Below are positions 42,148 to 50,012 of a DNA stretch of 64,000 nt, piece by piece. The DNA is taken from assembly GCA_963711275.1 (NCBI GenBank), contig CAVQDN010000022.1, forward strand, positions 1,301-65,300, in the 5' to 3' direction. Every line of letters begins with the position of its first letter. Positions within the stretch are counted from its first letter, which is position 1. This DNA is from an uncultured Acidobacteriaceae bacterium. Lineage in GTDB: Bacteria > Acidobacteriota > Terriglobia > Terriglobales > Acidobacteriaceae. Both the position numbers and the translations under genes were made by a program. The notes under the pieces were generated by a model, which did not search any database, had not been told where the DNA came from, and saw only the letters and a program-made list of their open reading frames with translations.

Positions 42148-44133
42148 ATGAAAAAGGGGCTCAGCATCTCGCTCGCAGTTTTTTTTCGTTCGAAAATACG
42201 AGGCGCTTTCGCGGCTGGAATTCTACTGGTCCTCGCTATTGTTCCAACGGACGCCATCGCCCAGAGACTTTTCTACCGTTTGACTTCAATCGCCGATACG
42301 AAACCGGGGTTTCCCTGGGCGAATTTATCCCAGTTTCCCTGCCAGAACAGCTCCTCACGCGATGCCTTCGAAGCCCTTATGGTTGGCGATCTGGGTGTAG
42401 ACGGTATGTTCTCGCACCACGGAGTCGCTTCGTTCGATACTCTCGCAGACACTGGCCTGGGCGAATACGACTCCATCGGCTTGGACTGCACCATCAATCT
42501 GAACGGCACAGTCCTGTTCAGCGCTCTCAAAAAGGTGCAAGACGGCTATCAGACACTGCTTCTGCGTGGCGCCGCTGGCACTCAGCTACAGACGCTTCTG
42601 GCTACGGATGGAACCTTCGACGAGTTCGGCGGCTGGCAACTGAGCCTTCAGGGGACTGCCGTCCTACTCGCGGAGCGGCCAGATGGCAGCTATGTCATCC
42701 TGACCCAGGGCTCCGGCCCTCTCACCGGGCCGCAAAGAATCATTGCTGACAACCGGCCCACCAATTCGCCGTACACGCAATTCGGAAATGCTCCCTCCAT
42801 CAACAACAGCAACACGGTCGCATTTACGGTGGTCCGCAGGTCCGATGGCTCGAATGCCATCGTCACCATCGCCCAGGACGGCACGGTCACAAATCTGATC
42901 GACAGCACCGGACCATTCGCAGGCTTCTCCGACATCGATCTGAACGCGGAAGGTTCGCTCGCCTTCGACGGCGTGCAGTATGGAGGCTTGTGGGGAGTGT
43001 GGCGCCTTGATCCCACTGGCTCCAGCCCCGCGCTCACAAAAATTACCGACTCGACCCAGACCGGCTCTATAAATTTTACGGCCGTGTCCATCAATGATGC
43101 CGGACAGGTCGCGTATTCGTTCCGCGATCCGGATAATTTTGTCGGCACGGTAGGCATCGGCAATGGTTCGAGGTTCCATTCCGTGTTCGGTCCGGGGCCG
43201 ATCGTGCTCGGGCCCGGCGCCGCCGTCTTCGGCCGCATTGTTGCCTCCGCCGATATCGGCCGCGATTCGCTGAACAATTTCGGACAGATTGAGATGCACA
43301 TCGATTTCTACGACGGCTCACAAATGATCGCGCGCGCCGAGCTCGTCAATCCCTGGGCGAACATTGCCGTGGTTGCGGAACAGGCGTTCGCCTTGACGAC
43401 CGGAACCGGCAACCAGGCTGGTACGGGCACCACTGTCAGTCTGCCTCCAACACTTATGGTGCTCAGCTTCGATGCCACCTTCCTGACCGGCGAAGGCGAG
43501 TTGAAGGTTCAGCTCGACGATCGCCTACTGACGACCGTTCGGGCAAGCTCGCGCGGAGTTCGACAAAGGATCCGAATTCCCATCGACTTACGTCAGAAGA
43601 CTCGCTCGACTGCCCCACGCAAAGCGCAGGAGCTCAAGTTCGTCCTGGCCGGGGCCCCGGGCGTCGCTGCGCAGATTAGCAACATCAGTATTCCCGGAGG
43701 TAGATTGGATTCGAGGCGGCCTGACGCGAGAGTCCAATGGCACTTTAATACCCAGAGCGGCGGATGGGCCGGTCTCGTCAACGCGACGCGCTTCCCGGTC
43801 CAAATCAAAGTACTCGCGGAAGAGCCGCGCAACGAGGCACAGGCAGGTATCGCGCCGGTGGCGATCCTGAGCAGCGCAAGCTTCGATGCCACACGCGACA
43901 TCGAGCGCGACACGCTGAACTTTGCGGGCGCCCCCGTACGCCGCGAACCTGAAGCGAAAGGGGGCGACCGCCCAAAATGCGCCGAGCGCAACGTCAATGG
44001 CGACAAACGTCCCGATCTGGTTTGCGACTTCGGCTCGCCGGCTCCAGTAGCGGGTGGCGCGGCGCGCGTCCGCAACGCCACACTCGAGGCGATGACGCCC
44101 TATGGCTGGATGATTGAAGGGCGAGCCGACTGA
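42148..44133 (+). CDS. large secreted protein with NxxGxxAF-type tandem repeats
   Basis: Signal AAGILLVLAIVPTDAIA. Repeats INLNGTVLFSA, INNSNTVAFTV, DLNAEGSLAFDG, SINDAGQVAYSF. RBS GAGGAG before ATG 42148. Confidence 0.65.
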   Translation: MKKGLSISLAVFFRSKIRGAFAAGILLVLAIVPTDAIAQRLFYRLTSIADTKPGFPWANLSQFPCQNSSSRDAFEALMVGDLGVDGMFSHHGVASFDTLADTGLGEYDSIGLDCTINLNGTVLFSALKKVQDGYQTLLLRGAAGTQLQTLLATDGTFDEFGGWQLSLQGTAVLLAERPDGSYVILTQGSGPLTGPQRIIADNRPTNSPYTQFGNAPSINNSNTVAFTVVRRSDGSNAIVTIAQDGTVTNLIDSTGPFAGFSDIDLNAEGSLAFDGVQYGGLWGVWRLDPTGSSPALTKITDSTQTGSINFTAVSINDAGQVAYSFRDPDNFVGTVGIGNGSRFHSVFGPGPIVLGPGAAVFGRIVASADIGRDSLNNFGQIEMHIDFYDGSQMIARAELVNPWANIAVVAEQAFALTTGTGNQAGTGTTVSLPPTLMVLSFDATFLTGEGELKVQLDDRLLTTVRASSRGVRQRIRIPIDLRQKTRSTAPRKAQELKFVLAGAPGVAAQISNISIPGGRLDSRRPDARVQWHFNTQSGGWAGLVNATRFPVQIKVLAEEPRNEAQAGIAPVAILSSASFDATRDIERDTLNFAGAPVRREPEAKGGDRPKCAERNVNGDKRPDLVCDFGSPAPVAGGAARVRNATLEAMTPYGWMIEGRAD

Positions 44134-44340
44134 TTTGCGCCTGGAAATGGCGACTCGGACTGTCTGATCGCTGCCAATGTCTGAAGGACCATGAGGTCCA
44201 GTAAAGCGAGCTTTGATTCGGCCCGTCAGATCTCCTGCGGAAATGCCAAAGGAATATTCCGGGTCATCGTGGCTAATGAACCCCTCGCGCCCAGGAAATG
44301 AATCGCACCAATTTGCCAACCTCCAACGATCGTTCGCAAC

Positions 44341-44432
44341 CAAGTTTAGCGTGGAGGGATCTTCAAGTGGCGAAAAATCGTCACACTAACCGACAGGGGT
44401 TCTGATTGGAATCGCCTGGTTACGCCAACTGG
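44341..44432 (+). repeat. X-box composite repeat upstream of the TlpA-like gene
   Basis: caagtttagcgtggagggatcttcaagtggcgaaaaatcgtcacactaaccgacaggggttctgattggaatcgcctggttacgccaactgg. About 80 percent identical to 46144-46232. Confidence 0.7.
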
Positions 44433-44606
44433 CTTCGGAGAGGTTGAATGACGGCTTCTCTCGACATTCCAGCTTGTTTCTTGACTTACTGACCTTTGGC
44501 GTGAGGTTTTCAAGGTAAACGCGTGGTAGAGTCTATTCGAAACGATGCGATGTAAGGGCTGCCTTGAGGAAACGCACGACATTGTGTTGGGACAAGGAGT
44601 CTGATA

Positions 44607-45687
44607 ATGCGTTCGGTCTCGATTGGAGTACTTGTCGTTTGCTGGGCGGCACTTCTTTTTGCGCAGGACTCAGCGGCGCCTCCAATGGATAAGAAGGCGC
44701 AGAAGAGCTATCAGCAGGCACAGGAGCAGTTACAGAAACGCGATCAGCGGTTGGCGCTTTGGTACTTTCGCGATGCCAATAAGCAGGACGGCGGGCATTG
44801 CCTCCCCTGCCAGGAGCAAATGGTGCGGATCGGCCTCGTGATTAAGGACTGGAAAGCGGTCGAGGATGGCGCATCGGGAATGGCCCCGGAGGTACACGAA
44901 CCAAAGCAGCAGGCCGTTGCGCACTACTATCTCGGCCTGGCCTTGCTGAACGAAGGCGGCAACAATCATCAGAACGATTTGCTCACCCACGCTCACGACG
45001 AATTTTCGAAAGCAACTTCCTTGTACTCGCAGTTGGCCGACGTCCTCTTCGAGGACGGGAGAGCGCTGGCACAACTGCACATGGATGACGAGGCTAAGGC
45101 TGAGTTTCAGAAGTATGTTGCGATGACGCCGGAAGGGCAGTTCAGACATCGGCGAGCGCTACAGTTCATCGGCAAACCGGAACTCGCCCGCGCCAATATG
45201 GTTCCGGAGTTTGCGATCGTGACTGCCGACGGCAGGCGCATCTCGCCCAAAGACCTGGCCGGTAAAGTTGCCCTCGTTTATTTTTGGGGATCGTCGTGCG
45301 AAACGTGCATGCGGGCATTCCCGCGCTTGCGCGAGATCACGAAGAAGTTCGAGAACCAACCGTTCGTGCTTCTGAGTGTGAGCATCGATTACAACCCGGC
45401 GGTGTGGCGTTCTTATAGAGAAGAATAATGTCCCCGGGCTGCAGTATATCGACGGCTTCGACGGCCAGCTCGCACAGGCCTTAGGCGTGGAGGTTCATTT
45501 CAACACCAGCGCCGACAATCCGGTCGCAGGAGTCTGGCAGTCCTCCTATGGATTCAAAGAAGATGTTCCCAAAACTTTCACGATTGATGCAGATGGCGTA
45601 CTGCAGATGGACAAAGTGTCAGACTCGCTGGATGCCAGGTTGCAAGAGATGATCGCCCGCGGGGAGCAGAGCGCAGCGAGCCAGTGA
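44607..45687 (+). pseudogene. secreted TPR-like + TlpA/redoxin-like thiol:disulfide oxidoreductase, one frameshift
   Basis: Signal MRSVSIGVLVVCWAALLFA. Helical-repeat N-terminal half. GKVALVYFWGSSCETC (WxxC..C thioredoxin-fold motif). The frame shifts near 45410, then continues ..NNVPGLQYIDGF...PKTFTIDADGVL to TGA 45685-45687. Confidence 0.65.
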
Positions 45688-46050
45688 AATGCGGGCGTTC
45701 TTCCGGCGCACAGGGGCAGCGCGATTGAGTAGAAAGAGCGTCCTGGCTAATGTCGCCGCCTCCACGTGACCGTACCCAGTATGAATTGGCTGCTGGCCAC
45801 AATCTTCTGCTCGTAGTAATTGAGAACCCGCTCCTATTGCTGCCTGCTGTAGAACCGAAACGTGAACGGGCAGACGGAGACGAAGACTACGTCGTGCGAA
45901 ACCAGCGTAGGAGCAATCCAGTGCCCGCGCACGGGTTCAACGGCATCGGGCAAGGCGTCCGGCAATCGGCCGTGTTTCACTGAATCGAAAGCCTCTTTCC
46001 AGATTCTTGCCATGCAGGAATTGTATGTTGCAAAAGCGAGTTTGTGGGTG

Positions 46051-46140
46051 GTTGGCGAAAATCCCCATTTCACTGATTGACCCGAATCGAACTCCACGCG
46101 AGTTCACAACAGGTCCGCGATTCGCAGGTGCAACACCTGT
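46051..46140 (+). repeat. about 90-nt direct repeat, left copy (upstream of the DsrE-like gene)
   Basis: gttggcgaaaatccccatttcactgattgacccgaatcgaactccacgcgagttcacaacaggtccgcgattcgcaggtgcaacacctgt. Confidence 0.75.
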
Positions 46141-46143
46141 AAC

Positions 46144-46232
46144 CAAGTCTAGCGTGGAGGGATTTTCAAGCGGCGAAAAATCGTCATCACACTCACCGCG
46201 GGATTTTGGGTGCTATGGCTGTTTACGTCAGC
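46144..46232 (+). repeat. X-box composite repeat upstream of the DsrE-like gene
   Basis: caagtctagcgtggagggattttcaagcggcgaaaaatcgtcatcacactcaccgcgggattttgggtgctatggctgtttacgtcagc. Confidence 0.7.
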
Positions 46233-46288
46233 ATCGCCAAGGTATACATTCGTCCGCAGCTTACGGCTCGGGATATTCCACGGAGGAG

Positions 46289-46752
46289 ATGATGATTCGA
46301 CGCCAGCTACTTACCAAAATCCCACAGTTGCTTGGCTTAGGTCTGCTCGGACTCGGGGCCGCCAATGCGCAAGAAACGACGGCACGTAAACCGCTGAAGA
46401 TCATGATGAAGAGTGCATGGGGATCGGATGACCCCACTCGGGCCTCTTTCGTTTCGCGCATGGCCTTGCGTTGGCCGACGCAGGTCACGAGGTGCAGATT
46501 TTCCTCACCGGCGAGGCTACCTACCTCATGCGGAAAGCAACCGTTTCGCAGATTTTCCCGGTCGGCTGGCCGCCGCTGAGCGAAATGCACGAGAAGGTCG
46601 TCGCGAAGCACATTCCGGTCTTTTCTTGAGGGGCCTGCTCCCGTGCCCGTGGGGTTACGGAAATAGATCTGAAGGATTGGGGAGCAAAGTTCGGCACTCC
46701 CGCAATTTTCGTATCGCTGGTCGAGTGGGCGGACCGCATCATCTCCGAATAG
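46289..46752 (+). CDS. Tat-signal DsrE/YchN-like protein with in-frame TGA (candidate Sec) and one frameshift
   Basis: MMIRRQLLTKIPQLLGLGLLGLGAANA (twin-Arg signal). KIMMKSAWGSDDPTRA, then after a 1-nt shift at C-run 46443-46444 ..FAHGLALADAGHEVQIFLTGEATYLM...AKHIPVFS-TGA(46627-46629)-GACSRARGVTEIDL...ADRIISE*. Confidence 0.55.
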
Positions 46753-46771
46753 CGGCGCACAGAGACCGGCG

Positions 46772-46862
46772 TGATTGGTGAAACATCCCATAACGCTCCT
46801 TGACCGCATCGAACTCTGCGCGAGTTCACTATAGGTCCGCTATCGCAGGCGCAACACCTATC
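46772..46862 (+). repeat. about 90-nt direct repeat, right copy (downstream of the DsrE-like gene)
   Basis: tgattggtgaaacatcccataacgctccttgaccgcatcgaactctgcgcgagttcactataggtccgctatcgcaggcgcaacacctat. Confidence 0.75.
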
Positions 46863-46906
46863 CCGGCGGAAAGGCCAATGGCTACCGCTCGAAACCCCTC
46901 AGGTCC

Positions 46907-46967
46907 GAAGTCTAACGTCGGAAGTCTAACGTCGAATTCTAACGTCCGGCCTCCGCCGTTACGTTAG
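46907..46967 (+). repeat. three 14-nt direct repeats plus one inverted half-site
   Basis: gaagtctaacgtcg gaagtctaacgtcg aattctaacgtccg ... acgttag, 40 nt upstream of the REC-PilZ gene. Confidence 0.8.
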
Positions 46968-47007
46968 TTATCTACGGCCACCTTACCGACATGTCTAGAG
47001 TAACGAC

Positions 47008-47685
47008 ATGACACTTTCCTCGATGGTGGTTTCGCGCGACTGGCAGGAAGTCAGTGTTCTGGAGTGCATCCTCGGCGGCTTGCAGATGGATGTTGCCGTA
47101 GAAAACGAACCGCAGCGGGCGCTGGCCCGGCTGGCTAAGTCAAAGATCGACGCGCTCATCGTGGACTGCGATCTGAATGGAAGCTCCCAATTCATCCGCG
47201 AAGTGCGCAGCGCGGAAGGACAGCCGGGAGCCATTCCGCTGGTCGTTATGGGGAGCCGGCAATGCAATCAGAATTTGGACGAGACCGGGGCGCTGTTCGC
47301 CTTCGAGAAACCGATTTCCGTGGAACAGGCGGTCCGCACTCTCTCCGCGGCCCGCAACATGATTCTCGACGGACGCCTGCGCTATCACCGCACCGGCCTG
47401 GAAGTGCCGGTATCGGTCAGTTGCAAGGGCCGCAAAGCCATGGGCGCATATCTGGTGAATCTGAGCCAGGGTGGAATGCAGCTTCGGACCAATGATCTCG
47501 TGGCGAACCCGAAGGCGTTGCAAGTGTCGTTCGCGCTGCCGGGCGCGCGGACGGGATTAAAAGCGAAAGCCGAAGTGGCGTGGCAGGACCAGCGCGGCAA
47601 CCTGGGCATCCGCTTCGTAAAACTCGCGCCGCAGCAGCAGCGGACGCTGCAACTCTGGCTGGCGCAGCAATATTTTGCGAACTGA
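47008..47685 (+). CDS. receiver-like domain + PilZ domain protein
   Basis: N-terminal CheY-like fold (..IDALIVDCDL..PLVVMG..) without a clear acidic pocket. C-terminal PilZ with RLRYHR and NLSQGG (near-canonical RxxxR / D/NxSxxG). Confidence 0.7.
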   Translation: MTLSSMVVSRDWQEVSVLECILGGLQMDVAVENEPQRALARLAKSKIDALIVDCDLNGSSQFIREVRSAEGQPGAIPLVVMGSRQCNQNLDETGALFAFEKPISVEQAVRTLSAARNMILDGRLRYHRTGLEVPVSVSCKGRKAMGAYLVNLSQGGMQLRTNDLVANPKALQVSFALPGARTGLKAKAEVAWQDQRGNLGIRFVKLAPQQQRTLQLWLAQQYFAN

Positions 47686-47743
47686 TCTGCGAGAGCATTG
47701 ATCTAGCAGACCTACGCGCCGGAACTCCCGCCTCCAGAACTTC

Positions 47744-48679
47744 TCAGCGAAAACGAGCGTCGTACTCTTCCGTGTCTTGGGCTAGATCCCAGCCAGCCAT
47801 GCGGGCCAGCCGCTCGCCCGGACTCGACTTTCCAAACAACCGAAAAAATCCCCAATACAATCCCGCGACAACGATTGTGGCCGCGCCTGCCGTGGCCAGC
47901 GGCCATCGTGGAAGCTCGCCGGTAATCGAAAGAAAGACCAGCGCAAACAGCAGGAGAGCGGCCACGATTACAAGCGTATTGATGGTCCATACCAGACCGC
48001 GGCCCGACAGCGGCTGAGAAAGCCAGTCTAATACAGTTTCAGTTTCAGTTTCAGTCAACGCCAGCGATTGAAGCGATTGAAGCGACTGAAGCGAACTCCC
48101 GGAGTTGCGCGCGTTGGGCGGCTCCAATGGATCGGGATGCAAGGGCAAGCGAATGGCGCTGACCGGCGCGGCGGAAACCATCAGGCCGTCGGCGACTTCG
48201 GCATCCAGCGTAAACATCGAACCTTCCCGCTCCGAATGCCGCGAAACCTCCTCCAGCAGGTTCCCGAAAATCCATTCATTGATCTGGCGCGCCGCCTTGG
48301 GCGAGAGGTCGAGGAAGCGAATGCCGCACTGTCCGGAGCGCGTCGCCCATGAGACCTCGCCGCGAGCTTCCACGCGCAGCCGCGGATGGCCCAGTTCAAA
48401 GCGCACGCGTAATTGCTGCTGCGGACGCACAGCCGCCACCACCTGCAATCCGAGGCCCTGGTGACTGATGTCGCGAACAATGCCTCCGTTCGCCTGATCG
48501 AGACAGGCGTAGGTCAGCGTCCGGAGTTCGTGCCTGGGATGGGCCCGTCGAGCCTCGGTTTGCGCAGTCTCGGTTTGCGGAGTATCAGTTGGCGAAGTCT
48601 CCATCTCTCGATCCCGGGTCTGTCGCGTAAGGGATAATTCGGTTTCCATACAAAGGCCGCCAAGCCGCCGACTAGCCAA
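47744..48679 (-). CDS. PilZ domain membrane protein
   Basis: RRAHPRH (RxxxR) and DISHQG (DxSxxG). C-terminal two TM helices (VWTINTLVIVAALLLFALVFL, LATAGAATIVVAGLYWGFF). ATG 48649 is an alternative start. Confidence 0.65.
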   Translation of the reverse strand: MASRRLGGLCMETELSLTRQTRDREMETSPTDTPQTETAQTEARRAHPRHELRTLTYACLDQANGGIVRDISHQGLGLQVVAAVRPQQQLRVRFELGHPRLRVEARGEVSWATRSGQCGIRFLDLSPKAARQINEWIFGNLLEEVSRHSEREGSMFTLDAEVADGLMVSAAPVSAIRLPLHPDPLEPPNARNSGSSLQSLQSLQSLALTETETETVLDWLSQPLSGRGLVWTINTLVIVAALLLFALVFLSITGELPRWPLATAGAATIVVAGLYWGFFRLFGKSSPGERLARMAGWDLAQDTEEYDARFR

Positions 48680-48752
48680 AACATACTTCTCTTAATCTTA
48701 TCGTCGGTAGAAAGTATCGAATCAGTAACTAATCTGGTTCAAAAAAGCTTCC

Positions 48753-48779
48753 GTAGAGACGTAGTACGCTACGTCTCTG
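48753..48779. repeat. R1 palindromic repeat
   Basis: gtagagacgtagtacgctacgtctctg. Confidence 0.9.
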
Positions 48780-48934
48780 CATGCGGCGCCTCGAACCTGG
48801 AAAAATAAGTGGGAAGCCCGGCCCTTGCGATGAAGCCCGGGAAGCCGCCGTTACCAGAGTACATGGCCAAGAGGGCACATTTAAGTAATTGAAAGTCGCC
48901 TCAAAGCCCGATAACTTACTAGTGAACATCCTCA

Positions 48935-49918
48935 ATGGCAACCACCACAACCAAGCCGGACTTGGACGTAACTTCTCCGTTTACTGGGGTTAGCGTCTCT
49001 GCCTGGCCGCGAGAGCAGGCCGCTTCCGGCCTCTCCGAGAATCCCGGCGAAGATTCCGCGAAGCCATCGCAACTCGATGCCCTGCATGCCTTGCTGGCGT
49101 TCTCGGCGCTGCATAATCAAGTCCGCCGCCGCAAAGCTCTGGCCGCGCGGAACAATGGTTTCGACGCCGCAGCTCCAACACAAGAGTTTGATAAAGACGA
49201 GCAGTTCGTTCTCGATGAAGTGCTGCGACTGGTCGCCGAGCGTGCGGTCGCTATCACGGGCGCGGACGGCTTGGCCATTGCCCTCGCGGAAAATAATGAA
49301 ATCGTCTTGCGGGCCGCAGCAGGCAAAATCCGCCCCAGCGTCGGCGCGCGCATTGATCGCGATTCCGCATTCACCGGCGCTTGCTTCCGCTCGGCCCAGG
49401 TCGTGAGCTGCGACGACACCGAGATGGACCCTCGGGTAAACCTGCAAGCCTGCCGCCAGCTGGGAGCGCGTTCCATGGTCGCGGTGCCGCTCTGCGGACG
49501 CCGCCGCGTAATTGGTCTGCTGGAAGCTTTCTCCTCGTGGCCCTTCGGCTTCAACGAAAGCGACATTCGCAATTTGACTCTGCTCGCTGAATTGGTATTA
49601 GGAGCGCTTAAGCCGGAGGATGAAGACCGTTTCGCGCAATCGGCGCAGGCAGCGGCCAGCCAGCTGGAATCGCCTGCGCACCTGCGGCAAACGCCTGCCG
49701 CAATCGAAGCGTCACGCGCGCTCACTGAATCGTCAGCCCGGGTTGTTCCCGTGGCTGCCGAAATAGTGGTTCAGAAATCCGTCGAACAAAGCCGCCAAGA
49801 ATGTTACCGGGCAAACTGGGAAGAAAAGTGGCGCCGAGCTGATCGAGGCCAAGGTCGCTTCCGCTCCGGCAGCAGCCACTGTCAACAGATCCGCGACCCG
49901 GCTGTCTCCGAAACTTGA
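48935..49918 (+). CDS. GAF domain protein (probably the N-terminal part of a GAF-TM-AMIN-amidase; see findings)
   Basis: GAF-like core [25 protein letters not shown]...VGARIDRDSAFTGACF...ARSMVAVPLCGRRRVIGLLEAFS. The last 40 or so codons read as Arg/Ser-rich nonsense, while the +1 frame is open and protein-like from 49767. Confidence 0.65.
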   Translation: MATTTTKPDLDVTSPFTGVSVSAWPREQAASGLSENPGEDSAKPSQLDALHALLAFSALHNQVRRRKALAARNNGFDAAAPTQEFDKDEQFVLDEVLRLVAERAVAITGADGLAIALAENNEIVLRAAAGKIRPSVGARIDRDSAFTGACFRSAQVVSCDDTEMDPRVNLQACRQLGARSMVAVPLCGRRRVIGLLEAFSSWPFGFNESDIRNLTLLAELVLGALKPEDEDRFAQSAQAAASQLESPAHLRQTPAAIEASRALTESSARVVPVAAEIVVQKSVEQSRQECYRANWEEKWRRADRGQGRFRSGSSHCQQIRDPAVSET

Positions 49919-50012
49919 TGCGAGAGCCGCGACCGCAACTGCTGCCGCACCAAGAATCACCGCCGCTTCCTCGCAAGCCGAAAAGGGACGGCCCTTCGCT
50001 CTGCTTCTGCTG

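Noticed and set aside
45834-46097. 87-aa minus-strand ORF (MEFDSGQSVKWGFSPTTHKLAFATYNSCMARIWKEAFDSVKHGRLPD...), considered as a possible mobile-element or toxin fragment.
   Set aside because: I recognise no motif in it. It overlaps the left 90-nt direct repeat and may be a remnant. There is not enough evidence to call it a gene or a transposase fragment.
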